Made by a program: the position numbers and the translations under genes. The notes below the pieces were generated by a model. That model saw only the letters and a program-made list of their open reading frames with translations, was not told where the DNA came from and searched no databases. Positions 1 to 14,829 of a stretch of 64,000 bases of DNA are shown here, one piece after another. How positions within the stretch are numbered: position 1 is the stretch's first letter; each line of letters starts with the position of its first letter. Source of the DNA: Neocallimastix sp. 'constans' (Eukaryota). The stretch lies in contig JBODTK010000126.1 of the NCBI GenBank assembly GCA_050613775.1, positions 248,001 to 312,000 on the forward strand, in the 5' to 3' direction.

Positions 1-2765
1 TTTATTTCTTAGCATTCCTTTTTTTATATTATTTAAAATTATCTATAAAAAATTTATTTATATTCCTATAAATAATATATAATTTTAATATATTAATTAG
101 ATAATATATTTAATATATTTTAAATATTTTAAATACTTATAATTTTTTTTAATATATAATAAAAGTATTTATATACATTTTTTTTTTTTGTAATAAAAAA
201 TTTTTTAAAATTAATACTATTATTAGTTCAATATTTGACATATGTAATTTTAAATTTAGTCCAACAAAAAAGTTCTCTTAATGAATGTGGAAAAATATTG
301 TAAAATATCAAATAATGAATATATAACAAACATAAATAATATATATTTTCTTTTCCATTATTAAATAATATTTATTATTTAATAGTAGAAAAGAAAATAG
401 TTGTAGTATTGTTGCTTTAGACAATAGAAAAAACTATGTATTGTACTCACTCAAAAGTGGAAGGAATATTCAATTGTTATTTTCTATTATGAGTACTAGG
501 ATGCTTCTGTAATCCTCATTAAAATAATGACTTTTTTATTAAGTTGCTTACTTCTTACTAATAATTCTTTAGTTGATTTTGTAAATTTAGAGAGAAAATA
601 GACTTTTAGTTAATTGTTGTTATAAATAGAGATTATAAAATCACTATGAAAATTTAACCCTTCTATATATTATGTTTTTAAAAGTTTTTTTTAGTAAAAA
701 AGTCTTACTTTCTAATAGAATTGAGAAAAAGTATTTTAATTATGATATGATTCTTTTTATTTAATTATTCATTAATATATTAAATTTCGAATAAATATTA
801 ATAATATATTAATAATTTAAAACTGTAGAGTATGAATTCTTTAAAAAAAAATGATTAATAATATTTTATTCTTTTTTTTTTTTTTTAATTTTCTTTATTA
901 AATTTTTTTTATATTATATTATTATTATATTATTATTATATATAAACAGTTGAAAATAAAAAATTATTATATATCTTCAAAATATGATATTTAAATATTG
1001 TATGATATTTTCAAAATAAACTCTATAAAGTGCAAAAGTTGATCAGTTTAGATTCAATAAATATATAATTATTGATTATTTATTTATGAAGTAATAGTAT
1101 GTCTTATGCCAAGATTTTTTAGCAGTGAAATTTAATATAAATGAGTAAAATAAAAATGCTTTAACTTCCACTTTTAGAAATAAAAATTAATATGCAATTA
1201 AATATTTATTATACAAACTTCATATATTATTATTTAATTAATTTATTATTTATTATCAATATATATAATATATAATTTAATTATTTTTTTTATAAATTAA
1301 AAAAAAAAGAAGTAAATATAATTATATAGTTTTTTAATTTATATTATTTGGTAAGCTAATAATTTTTAATTATAATTAATGTGCTAAATTACTTAAATAT
1401 TATTGGTTATTTTATTTTCTATGTAATTATGGAAAAAGTTTTTAAATAGATTTTTTATAAAATATTGTTTTTAAATTTTTTTTTTTGACATTTTTAAAAT
1501 ATATTTTATAGCAAAATATTTTAATAATATATATTATTATTTAAATTCTAAACATTATTTAATATATAAATATTGAAGAGATTATTATCTATGTCAAAAC
1601 TTTTATTTATTTTTAAATGAATATTATATTATTTATTCAATTTTCTTAAATTTAAGCTATTCATAATTAATAATATAATGATGTTTTTTATAAAATAATT
1701 TAATAAATATTTTTAAGAAAGTATTCATTACATTATTTTTATTAAAGCAACTTTTTTTTTAAAATGTAATAGATAAAAATACTTCTAAATATACTAAATA
1801 TAAATGTTTTTAATATTTATTATAAAATAACTATACATGTTTTTATGATTTTTTATATAAGACACTTTTAAGTTTTTAATAGTTCTAATAACTAATTTAT
1901 TAATTTTTAATATTTTCAAGAAATCAAAGAAATATAAATATTAAAGATTATATTAATATTAAAAAAATAAAAATTTGAAACATAATTTTTTAATAAGGCG
2001 TTTTTTTTTGTTTTTAATAATTATAAAAATAGTTGTATATAAATAATATGAATAATATGAATAAATGTCCAAATAATATAGCACTTAATTATGTTATTTA
2101 TTTATTATAACTAATATTATTCACTATATTCAAAATTTTAATTATATTTCATAGTATACATAATATGTTTATATTATTTATTATTTATTATTTTATGCTA
2201 TTTCTATGTAATTGAGTAAAGAAATATTTTTTAATATATCTATATGTTTATATGATTATATGATAAAAATTTTAAATGACATTTATAAAATATTACAAAA
2301 TAATAATAAAATAAATATTACATTTTATTATAAATTGTAATTATAATGTAAATAAGTTAATTTAATCAAAAAAAAATTTTTTTATGTAACCTTTATTTAT
2401 TATTTAACTTAAAACCTTTAATAGCGCTTTTTTTTGACATCGTTATAAATATTTTAAATTAACATTTGACATACAAATTTATGTTTAATAAATTTAATAT
2501 ATAAATAATAAATATTATATTGTAATCTATTTTAAATTCTTTACATTTATATTAAAGATTTTAGAATTTAATATATTGCAATATATTTAAATGTATTATA
2601 GTAAACATAGAATGTCAATTTTTATTTATATAATAGTTTATAATTTTTATTTTATTATTTAAAAATAAATATAATATAATAAATAATCTAATGTTAAATA
2701 CTAAATAATAACTTTTATATTATGATAATTTTATTGAATAATGTGTATTAAAAATAGAATATTAA

Positions 2766-2809
<44 letters not shown>

Positions 2810-5401
2810 TTTATCCTAATAATTCAATAATAAAAGTTATTATTTATTATTTATTTGATAAACTAACCAATTAGTATTTTAAAAATTGTAAAAAATAAAA
2901 TTACTTTCCTGTCAATTCTAAATAATTTTTTTTGTCATATTTTTTTTTTTTTTTATTTTACTATAAATAGAATTACAAGCAAAGGTTTATTTAAATAGCC
3001 ATTCATTTTTCAGGTTTGAATCATTCATTTAAAAAATAAAAAAAAAAACCAATATTAATATATAATAATCTGCACAATGTTAAAAATTGTATATTTTTAA
3101 TAAATGGATGATTTTAGGTTATGTTATAATTATATATTATGACCATAATATATAATATATCTAAAGTATATGTCAAATTCAATTCTATATCTTAAATTAG
3201 TAATAAAAAGTTTTTATACACAGAACATAATATCAATTTTAACTTTATTGACATCTATTTCATTAAAAATATAATTTTTTAGATATATTTTTATAAAAAA
3301 TTTTAATAGTTACAATTGTGAGATAATTTAATTTATTCTTTAGTTTGTTAAAATAATAATAATAATAAAATAATAATAGTAATGATAATAATAATAATAA
3401 CAATAATATTTATAAGAAAATAAAAAAAAAAACTATAAAAAAAAAAAAAACTACAAAATCATGTTATTATTAATTATATGTAAATAAGTAACTTTAATAT
3501 TTTATGTAAAACTTTTTTATATTTATATCGATGGAAACGATATAAAAATCAGTCATTATTAAGTAAGAATAATTTACTTTTTATCTAAAAGTTATATGGT
3601 TTGTTCTTATAAAATAAAATTTTTATACAATGCTAATTCTTCATAAAAAATGGTCAATAATGTATATTAATATATTATTTTTATATTATTTATATATCAA
3701 TAATTATTAGAAAAAAAAATTTAAAAATTTCTTGGTATTCATTTCATAGGTCAATTAAACATCACTCTTTTTTGTTCTATCAAATAATTTTCATTAATAT
3801 AATTTTTAAATAATTAATTTTAAAATTTAATTTTTACATATATTATAATATACTACATATATATTTAAAATATATTTATGTTACATATTGTAATATAATA
3901 ATAAATATTAAATCTAATAAATAAAGTTTAATCTATAAATATCAACCAATAATTTTTTAATAAATATACAATAGAAAAATGCCAATTTTTATAACTTCTT
4001 TTTTTGACTGATTTAAAATTGAATTTAAATTACATTTTTGTAATGCATTATAAAATGTATTAAATCACTAATAATTATAGTATTTTAAAATTTTAAATAT
4101 TTATTATTATTTCAAATATTTATTACTATCATAAATAACTATAATTAAATTTATTAATATTATTTATTATTTTATAAATTATTATTAATTAATTATTTAT
4201 TATTAATAATAATACATATATATTTTTTAAAATTATACCTGTCATTTTTTTATAGCTGTCAATTAAAAAATTTTATATTACAAATCTGTCATAATATATT
4301 GATGTTTATATATAAATAATTATAAAACTTTTATATAGTAATTGTAGATATGTGATATATAAAAATTTTGGTAGTTCTTTTTTATTATTATAATTTCATA
4401 ATAATTGGAATAAAATGTCAAATAATAATAGTTATTTGACTAGGATTTATATTTATTGGAATATTATTATTATTATTATTATTAATTTTTTCATATAAAT
4501 TAAATATCGATATTATATTTTACATTATTGTATTAATATAGCTCAACTATAAGTATAAATTTCTCAAAATTTTAGTGAAAATTTATGGTTCAAATAATTA
4601 TTATAATATATATATATTGAAAGTATACGATTAATAGATTTAAAGTAATATGTAAAATAGTTTAAGACAATTATAAATCAATTCAATTATTGCTATTACT
4701 ATTATAAATATATATATATATTTTTAAAAAAAAAAGGATTAAATTAAAAGTGTATATCAAGATTAATTAATTTATAAATGTAATATAATAATTGTTTTGA
4801 TAATTTTGAATGTTAAATATTTAAGTAAATGAATGGCAAAAAAAACAATATTTATTTGACGAAATTTTAATATTTAAAATTTGATGTCTTTACAGATACT
4901 TAATGATAAATAAAATTAAATCATGCCTTTTTTTGTTACTAAAGTAATTTCTTCCTTAATTCTATTTTATTTTTTTATTTTTTTATTTTTATTTTTTTTA
5001 TTGATAAATTGAAAATTGTAATAATCTATTTTAAATTAATTTAAAATATAAATATACTTTTTTTTATTTTTATTTTAGATATTAATAGTAATACCCAACA
5101 TATAATTATAAAAATTTTTTTTTTAAAAAAAAAAAAACGACAAAAAGTTTACTATATTTTTATTATGTTAAATAATTATAATTGAAGAAATAATGAATTG
5201 AAATATTGATTGATTATTATAATTATTTGAATAATATAAATATTATCCTTTTTTTTTATCATATAAAAAAAAATAGTATTATTTTCCTTTTTTTGAAATT
5301 ATTATATTATATATTTTAATATACTTTGAAATATTGCATTTTTTTAACATAAATTTTTATAAAAAATAAAGGAAAATTTTAATTTTTATTTTAATTTTTA
5401 T

Positions 5402-5445
<44 letters not shown>

Positions 5446-5685
5446 TTGTTGTTGTTGTTGAAAATAATAATAGATTGGTAGAACCTGCTCAAAAATAATA
5501 CGTATAGATATCAAAGTGACCCTTTATTAAACAGATACTGAAAAGTAATCAACATATTACGTTTTGATCTGAATTATACATAAAATTTTAAGATATATAT
5601 TAATAGTAAATTTAATAAATAGAAAGGCTAAATTAGAAAATAGAAATAAATATAATTTATTCTCTATATAGAAAATCATATTTCA

Positions 5686-5727
<42 letters not shown>

Positions 5728-6478
5728 TTTTATATTTTAATGAATATTTTTTTATACAAAAATTACCAAGATTTTAAGTAAAATTTTGGTGTTTTAATAA
5801 TTTTAATTTTATTTAAAAAAGTTATAATTTATATATTATAATATAAAAATAAAAAATATGACATTCATATGAATAAAAATTTATATATTGTTTAAATATT
5901 TAAAAAACTTTTTTTTTTTTTATTGCATTATATGAAACCTTTAATAGTATAAAATTAAATATATAACATTATTTTGTAGTATTGATTGCAATATATAAAA
6001 GTTTTATAATAACAGAATCTTCTATTATCATGAAGTTGCATTAAATAAGTATTAAAAAATTATATAAAAATTTTTAATCACATATGAAATGTATATTTTA
6101 TCATTATGAATATCACATTATGAATAATCATTTCATTCATATAATTTAATGTTTAAAATGATTAAAAATATATATATAAGTTAAATTTTTTTATAAATTT
6201 GAAAATCTACAGTTTTTTTTTTTTATTATTTTTTTTTTATTTTTGATATAAATTAGTTCATATTATAGCTTAATCTATGTAGTAATATTACTCATTTGTA
6301 ATTATATAATACAAGTTAAAATAATAATAATAACAATAATATTACTATTATGATACTTATATATTGTATTTTTTATCATGTATATTATAAAAAAAAAAAA
6401 AAAAAAAAAAAGATATGTTCAATGTATATGTATAGAAATTTTGAAATTATAAAATTTTTTAGTTATATCTTAAATCTA

Positions 6479-6607
<129 letters not shown>

Positions 6608-6619
6608 TGATAATAAAAT

Positions 6620-7410
6620 AATAAAATTATTCAAACTAAAAAATAATATTTAAAGAGTAGTATTAATTTTTATTTGAAAGACATAAAAAATAATTAAAAT
6701 TTATTTAATAAATAGAGAAGAAAATATTAATTTATGTATTTTAAACTATATTACTATAATACTAAGTGAAGAATTATTTACTATTTACTTTATGGTTTGT
6801 TTTAACTTCGATGGAAACTATTTCATATTAAGATATGAAGGAGGAAGTCATCATATAAGAAATTAGCCATAAATATGTGGGAGTAAAAAAAAATAATAAT
6901 ATTATAATAATATTATATCTGCTAGTTATGACAACCACATAATTAGATTATAGTATATTACTTATTATTTTAGGATTTTTCTTTTTTTTTTTCTTTTTTT
7001 TTTTTTTTTAATTAAAGAAATAATCATATATATAATTAACACTTTTTTTTTTATTTATTTAAATATAACTAGTTAATTTTAATTTTTTTTTTATTCGGTA
7101 TATTCATCATTATATCATGAAATACTATTCAATATTTCATTAGTATTTCTTATGGAAATTAGAAAGTAACAAAGTATGAAAAAAAAAAAAGAAAAAAGAA
7201 ATAAAATTTTCATTAAAATATAAAACCATAATTATTAATCATTATTACTGTACTTTAAATATTAATGAACATAAAAAAATTAAAGTTTTAATTTTTTATT
7301 AAATATCCAAAAAGAGTAAAAATAAGAATAATAAAAAGAGTAAAAATAATAATAATAAAAAGAATAAAAGTGTTATTAATAAAAAGAATAAAAATAATAA
7401 AAATAAAAGA

Positions 7411-7442
<32 letters not shown>

Positions 7443-7920
7443 CTATTCAAACTGAAAAATAATATCTGAAGAATCGTTTTAATTTTTATTTGAAAGACAT
7501 AAAATATAATTATAACTTATTAAATAAAAAGAGTAGATAATATTAAATTATGTATTATAAACAATATTGTTATAATACTAAATGTAATATAATCTATTTT
7601 ATAATTCATTTTAATTTCATATTAAAACTAATATGGAAAATTCATATGAAGATGTGAAGGAAGAAGTCTTCGTAAAAAAAAAGAATTTCTTTGTAAGTGG
7701 ATAAAGGACTAAAAGGAAATTTTCGAATTTTAAACAGTAATAAAATAATTGTAGTCAGTGGTAATTATTGTGTAACTGCGAGTTATGGTAATCCATTACT
7801 TTAGAAATTTTTAATTGCTTTTCATATAAAGTAAAAGTATTATATAGGATAGTTTTTTATTAGTATTTTTTTAGGAAATTAGAAAATTACATTGTAATGA
7901 CAAATAATAAGAAAAAAAAT
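6620..7920. repeat. Diverged non-coding tandem duplication (~6620-7200 and ~7440-7920)
   Basis: Shared ordered strings: TATTCAAACT, TAATTTTTATTTGAAAGACATAAAA, TATAATACTAA, AAGAT.TGAAGGA.GAAGTC, CTGC.AGTTATG, GGAAATTAGAAA. Confidence 0.75.
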
Positions 7921-10900
7921 AAATAATATTAGAAAGAAGTAATGATTTTTCATATGATTATAATATTATAATATAATTTATGATTATATATAAAGAATTT
8001 AAAAATTTAAAAAACATGGTTAATAAAATTTAATATAATAATAATTAATATAATAATTAATTAATTAATAATAATAATAATATAATAATAATAATAATAA
8101 TAATATTAATATAATAAAAATATTATAGCAAAAATAATAATTTAAAAATACTAATAATAAAAATTGGAGAACTAATAAAATAATAATAATAAAAATACTA
8201 ATAAAAAGTTAAAATAAAATAATAGAAATAATAATAAAATTATTAATAAAAATATATAATATTATAATAAGTGAAAATAATATAATAATATAATAATAAA
8301 AAGTAATAATAATAATAATAGTAATAAAAAGTGATAATAGTAATAATAGCAAGAATGATAATAATAATGATAATAATTGTTAGAATATGTGAAATATATA
8401 TGAAATATCCAAAGACTATGATTTATCAAGTATTCAAGTACACTGACATGTAATTAACAATCTATTTTAATTGTTATCACTAAAAATGCAAAGCGAAAAT
8501 AGGTAAAAGTTAATGTTTATCTTGAAAAAGGATTATAAATATAAGTGATGTAAAAACCCAAAATATAAGAAGTATTCACACAAATTGAGATGGTATAATT
8601 TCATCCTTCAAGGGTAAGGTTTCCATCATATAAATAAATGATATTCATAAACTATATATTAGAGATATTTTTAGATACATCTACTATTAATGGTTCTAAA
8701 TCTCCATTCTTAGTTTTAGGGAGAAATTTACTAACTATTAGATTAAAAATATATATAAGAAATTATTTTAATTATGTTTAAATCAAATTAAAAATAAATA
8801 TAATGTAAAGATTATTTTATTCATGTAAAATTAAAAGTTAATTTTTCATAGATATAACTAATAGTTTAATAGTTAATATTAAAAATAGGATAATTTAATA
8901 TATTCATATTCACTGGTAAACCAATTTATTCATTATAGAATAACTAAGTTGTTAGAATATGTGAAATATATGAAAAATTAGCTTCAAATATATTGAAACA
9001 TAATGAAATAAAATTAATATATAAGCCACAATATATTAATATAAAAGCATTTAATTTAGAATAGTTAAGTGCTATAAGCTCTTCATTATAAAATAAATAA
9101 ATAAAAAAGTTGACATAATTATAAACTTAAAATTCCCAACTCTTAATTATAATTATTACAATTATTACACTACAATTATTTTAACTCATTATTATTATAA
9201 AGTGTAAAAAAAAGTATAAGAATAAAAATTATAATTATTGTAATTAGTAAATTACTGTAGAATAAATCTATATATTTGAATTAGTTTATATTATTTCCAA
9301 TATAATTCATAAATATTTTAAAATAATTATCCAATTTATAAATTATATTGGAAATAATATAGTTTAAAATATTAACACCAAAGTTTATTTATTACAAATT
9401 TTGATATAAACATTAAAATCAAAGGATTATGTTTTTTATTCATATAAAATAATTTTGTTATTGTTTAATTTTAATAAATTCAATTTAATAATGTTCATTG
9501 TAAATTAATCTTTATTAGTAATTTACTATTTAAAGTTCACCTAACTTTCAATTTTAGATTTTTCTTCTAAGAAAATTGATATTATTATATTAGTAATGAC
9601 TATAATAATTTTAATTAAATTTAATGTTTTGTAATTGGCAAAATATTTCCTATTAGTTCTAAATAAATTTAAAGAGTATTATAATATTCCTTATAAAAAT
9701 TTTTATTTTATTAAATAAATAAATAATGAATAAATAAATAATAAATATAAATAAATAATCAATAATTAATTAATAAATAAATAAATAAATAAATAAATAA
9801 TAAATAATAAATCAATGATAAACTAATAAATAAATAAATAAATAATAAATAATAAATCAATGATAAACTAATAAATAAATAAATAAATAAATAATAAATA
9901 ATAAATCAATGATAATTAAATAAATAAATCAATAAAAAATCAATAAATAAATAATAAAAAATTATAAAAAAATTTAAATAAATATTAATATAAAAGATAT
10001 TTTTTATTTATTATGTACAAAAAAAAAAAAAAAAAAAAAAAGAATGAAATCAAATATTACATGATTTTTAAATCATTAATTTTAACTTTATTAACATTAA
10101 TAATAATGATAACTGAAACAAATAAGTGATAAACTATTATAAACATTAATATTTACAATACTATTTTATATTATTAAATATTTTACATTTATTAAATAAT
10201 ATTTAAAACAAATAAAAAAAACTATATATATATATATTTTAAAGATTATCAATCATCTTTTTTTACGATACAAAAAAAATTGATATTTTTAGAACAAATC
10301 ATCATATAATCAATATTAATAATTTATATTTAATCATGGATTATCATAAACGCAGGTAAGTAAACCAAAAAAAAAAAAGTTAAAAGTTCATTATTAAAAA
10401 CATTAAGTGGAATATTGATAAATATTTAAATAAATGAATAAATTAATATTTAAATTGAATAAAAATATGATAAAAATTCAAAGAATAATATATTATTCAC
10501 TACTAACCTGAAATTTTAATATATAAATTAAAAATTTAAAATAGTAATATATTTTAATGCTTAAAACAAATTTAAAAGTAATTTATTAATAATTAAAATT
10601 CTTAATAATTTAAAAAAGCTAAATATTAATAAATTGAATAGCCACTTTCAATATAAATGAATATAAACATATATATAATAAAATAAATGATAAATATAAT
10701 TAATATACACTAAAAATAAAAATGAAATATATAATAAATATATAATGAAATATTAAATAGAAAATTGGTCCAATAAATTAAACATAAAAATATATTATTT
10801 TTGTATTATTTACTTTATAATATTTTAATTTGAAATACAAAGATCTATGAATCATAAAAAATTTTATTGTTAAATTATTTTGTTAACTCACATATATATA

Positions 10901-11787
10901 ATAGTAAATAATTTTAATATATAATAATATTTTTCAATTTTAAAACAAATTGATAATATATTCGGTTTAGAATTTATATATTAATAAAGTTGATCCTTTT
11001 TTATTTGTTTTTTACTAATATTTTGAATTGGAAATATATATTAATTTATATATTGTATTTTAATCATATTAAATAAAATTATAATGTAATATACCATATA
11101 AGGAAATATATTAACAATTACTAATTATGATATATTTATTATTTCATAAATAATTGGCGTTTGCATAATATACTTAAATAATATATGTATATATATATTA
11201 ACATACATTATAACATATATATTAAAAAATTATTTATTATACTTAAAATTATATTAATATATTATTAAATATAATATATATAATATATTTTATAATATAT
11301 TTTATACTATATGTGATAATGTTAATAGAAAAACAAAAATATAAAAAGAGACTTTTTTTTTACTTTAATTTTTCCTCTAACAATTATTTTTATTTTTTTT
11401 TAAAAAAAGTAAAATATAAAAAATTTTTGTATTTTTTATAAAAACAGAAATAAAATATTGTTTATTTCAGTATATAAATAAATAAAAAAAAAAATTTTTT
11501 TTTTACGTAAAAACAAAATTAAGCTATAAAATAATAATTTTTGTAGTAATAAGATTTTTAAATATATTAGAATTATTTTGAATTTTAAATATTAAAAAGA
11601 TTATTTTTTGAGAAATATATATCGTTATAAAACATTTCAATATATTGTAAGTATTTTAAATAAAAAAAAAATATTAAAATTTATAATAAATATTAAAACG
11701 TAAATTAGTAATAATATATTAATGCAATAATTATTTAATTTAATAATTTTTGTAATGATTTATATATTAGAAAAAATAAAAGGCAAG

Positions 11788-12747
11788 ATGACTAAAAATA
11801 ATGAAACTCCATATATTCCAGAATCATCAATTCCACCAATGCCAAGTTCTAGTAATCCAATTCATCTTCACAAAAACGATCGTTTAAAGAAGATGTATTT
11901 AAAGGATGATCATGTATATCTTTCTGATAGTGATTTCTCTGACGAAGAAGAAGATATTGAATTCCCATACAACACTACAATATCAAAACACCATAAAAAT
12001 GGAGTTTTGGATAATTTTATTGGCAAGAAGAAGACAATTACTTTTGTAATGCCAAAGAAAGATGCTAAAGTATTAAGAAGAGCTAAGAAGTATGCAAAAA
12101 GACTTGATAGTGGTGTAAGTATTGGCGGTGGTGTTAAGATTCCTCTTGATCCTATAATTGGTATCCTTCCAGTTGTTGGGGATTTTGCTGGTATTTTCTG
12201 TGGTATTGGATTTATTGCAATTGCACAAAAAGCTGGTTTAAGTAAAAAGGTTTATTCTAAGTTGGTTGGAAATTTAGTAGTTGACTCATTAGTTGGAGCT
12301 ATTCCAGCTCTTGGTGATGTTGCTGATTTCTTCCACAAAGCTAACTTAAAGAATTATAAAGTTTTAGAAAAGTATTTGATAAAACGTTCAAAGGACTTTA
12401 CTAAAATGATAAATGGAGATTTAGAACCAGAGGTATTTTATAGAAAGTACAAGTCATTCGTTTCTCATCACAAAAAGGATGTATATTATATTCATGAGAA
12501 GTTGGGAATTCCATTACCACATTCTTTAGAAACTAATGCTGATGATCCATTACCAGGATTTGTTGGAGATGAAGAAGAACTTCAAGAAATTGAAAACACA
12601 GATGGACTCTATGTTGTCTCAAGCGATAAACCAAATGCAACAACCACTGGTGAATGTTCAAGTAAACCAAATAAACAAGATGTTGTTATAACGGAAATTG
12701 AAACTTCAGGTGCCAATGATAAAAAGGAAGATAAAAAGCGCAAATAA
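11788..12747 (+). CDS. DUF4112-family membrane-associated protein (about 319 aa from ATG 11788)
   Basis: ORF 11755-12747 contains AKRLDSGV...IPLDPIIGILPVVGDFAG...LVVDSLVGAIPALGDVADFFHKANLKN, the recognisable DUF4112 pattern. A likely 5'UTR intron (GTAAGT at 11647 to TAG at 11770) makes ATG 11788 the probable start. Confidence 0.8.
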   Translation: MTKNNETPYIPESSIPPMPSSSNPIHLHKNDRLKKMYLKDDHVYLSDSDFSDEEEDIEFPYNTTISKHHKNGVLDNFIGKKKTITFVMPKKDAKVLRRAKKYAKRLDSGVSIGGGVKIPLDPIIGILPVVGDFAGIFCGIGFIAIAQKAGLSKKVYSKLVGNLVVDSLVGAIPALGDVADFFHKANLKNYKVLEKYLIKRSKDFTKMINGDLEPEVFYRKYKSFVSHHKKDVYYIHEKLGIPLPHSLETNADDPLPGFVGDEEELQEIENTDGLYVVSSDKPNATTTGECSSKPNKQDVVITEIETSGANDKKEDKKRK

Positions 12748-14321
12748 CTTAATATTAAAAAAAATTAATAATATACAATTAAAAATAAATTGAAATATTA
12801 TTAATATATTAACATTAAAACAGAAAGTTTCAACATTTATAATAAAATTATTATTTTTTTTATTAAATTATCATAATGAAAAAAATATATTTTATTCAAA
12901 AATATTTATAACATTTAAAAATAATTGAAAATCAAAAAAAGATCTTTTATTTTTAAATTATATATATTTATAATTTATTTTTTTTTCAGCTTTTGTTTTT
13001 ATATTTTAATTCAATATAATATATCATTCAAATCGTAATTACAATTATTTATTTTATATCAGTATCAATATAATTTAATTTTAAAATATATATTAATAAA
13101 AGATGAGTAATATAATTATCATTTTATTTTTAATTATTCTTTATTATAAGTAAATAAAGCGTAAATCATTTTTTTTTATAAAATAAAGACTATCCAATTT
13201 AATCAAAATTATTATTTGAGTATATATTAAATAAATACAAAAACAAATAAAATTTTAAAAAATAAAACAGAAGTAAGAGAAGTAAAATAAAAAATATTAA
13301 ATGAAAATTATCAGAAAAAAATACAAAAAAAAAAAAAATGAAAAATGCAAAAAAAAAAAAAAAAAAATACACAAAGAAAAAAAAAAAAACAATAAACACC
13401 AATAAAAATAATATGAACATAACTAAATTAATAAGAAAGTGTAAAATAAAGCACATAAAATAATTAAAAGAATAAAAAATAAAGCTACCTATAATATTTA
13501 GGATTATTAGGAGAATAAAATAATAAAAGTAAATATAAAAGGTATAAAATTATGACTTAAAATAAAATATATTGTACCTTTTAATTTATTTTATATATTT
13601 TGCTTTCATCTTGATAATAATATAACAAGTTTAATTAAATTAAAAAAATATAAACAATATAATAAAATCATGTTGTTTATATTGTAAATTAAAATAAATA
13701 TTAAATGATAAAAAATCGAAAAATTAAAAAAAAAACGTTTACACACAATAAAAAAAAAACATTATACATTAAAAAATTAGAATAAAGTAAAATTAATAAA
13801 ATAAAATAAAATATATAAAAAAAATAATTTAAAAAAAAAAAGAAAAAAAATAAGTAAAGGAAAAGAAGAAATATTTTGAAATATTTTTTATTTTTCTTTA
13901 TTAATTTTTTATTTTTATATTTTTTTTAATCAATTAATTGATTAAGTTAATTGAATGTTTTATTTTATTTTAAATATTTTATTTTATTTTATTTTTTAGT
14001 TATCATTTAATATAATTTTAATTGAATTAAAGATATTTATATAAAAAAAAGATTAGTTTACGACGAAGAATTTAGTATATATTATATAAGGAGATAGAAT
14101 TAGAAAAGTAATATATATATAATATATTCAAAAAGAAAAAAAATTTTTTTTATATTTTTATTTATTGATTTAAATACATATTTTATTTATGAGAAATATT
14201 AAAAAATAAAAAAAATTGTTCAAATAAAGAAAAAAAATTATAAATTTTATAAAGTTTTATGATTTGTAGTGTTTATAGTGAAAAAATTTTTATGTATTCA
14301 TATTTTTTTTATTTTTATTAA

Positions 14322-14791
14322 GAGTCATCTGTTCCAAAAATTGTGGGTTTGGCGGAATTCTTAACAAGTGCAATACCTATTATAAGTAAGTTCGTTTGAG
14401 CTATTATTTGATAGGTATTGCAAAATACCAAACTTATCCATGAGTGTCGACGTTACTGATAAGGCATAATGATAATACAGGATCGTCATCTATTGCTACG
14501 AAGGATGAATCTCGCCCTAGTAGTTCAATAAATGATGAGTCCGGGGAGAGTTTAGTGGACACCACACTATCTATTTTAAAGATGTTACTTCTAGGTTTTA
14601 TTTCTTTTTTATTTGATAGGAAGGGAAAAATTCCCGTATAGTACAACTTGCCGAAATACATAGTATTTTCGAGCTTTTTTATTTTTTTTTATTTTTGAAT
14701 TTTTTATTTTTAATTTCAAATGTACTTTTCACCTACATGTATTTTTTAAAATAAAATTTAATAAAGTTTTGGAAGTGTATTCTCTTCCCTG

Positions 14792-14824
<33 letters not shown>
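14322..14824 (+). mobile_element. 5'-truncated non-LTR retrotransposon 3' end (family B) with poly(A)
   Basis: Decayed ORF2 C-terminus (SSVPKIVGLAEFLTSAIPII, then SVDV), a CATGTA...AATAAA 3' tail and a 30-nt poly(A) at 14795-14824. The same tail occurs inverted at 37331-37480. Confidence 0.75.

Positions 14825-14829
<5 letters not shown>

Noticed and set aside
10336..10361. ATG...CAG|GTAAGT micro-exon as first coding exon of the DUF4112 gene
   Set aside because: It is a phase-2 donor, whereas the acceptor at 11770 needs phase 1; splicing gives an immediate stop.
11788..12747. Horizontal transfer of the DUF4112 gene from bacteria
   Set aside because: The family occurs widely in fungi as well as bacteria, and an intronless CDS alone is not evidence; a phylogeny would be needed.
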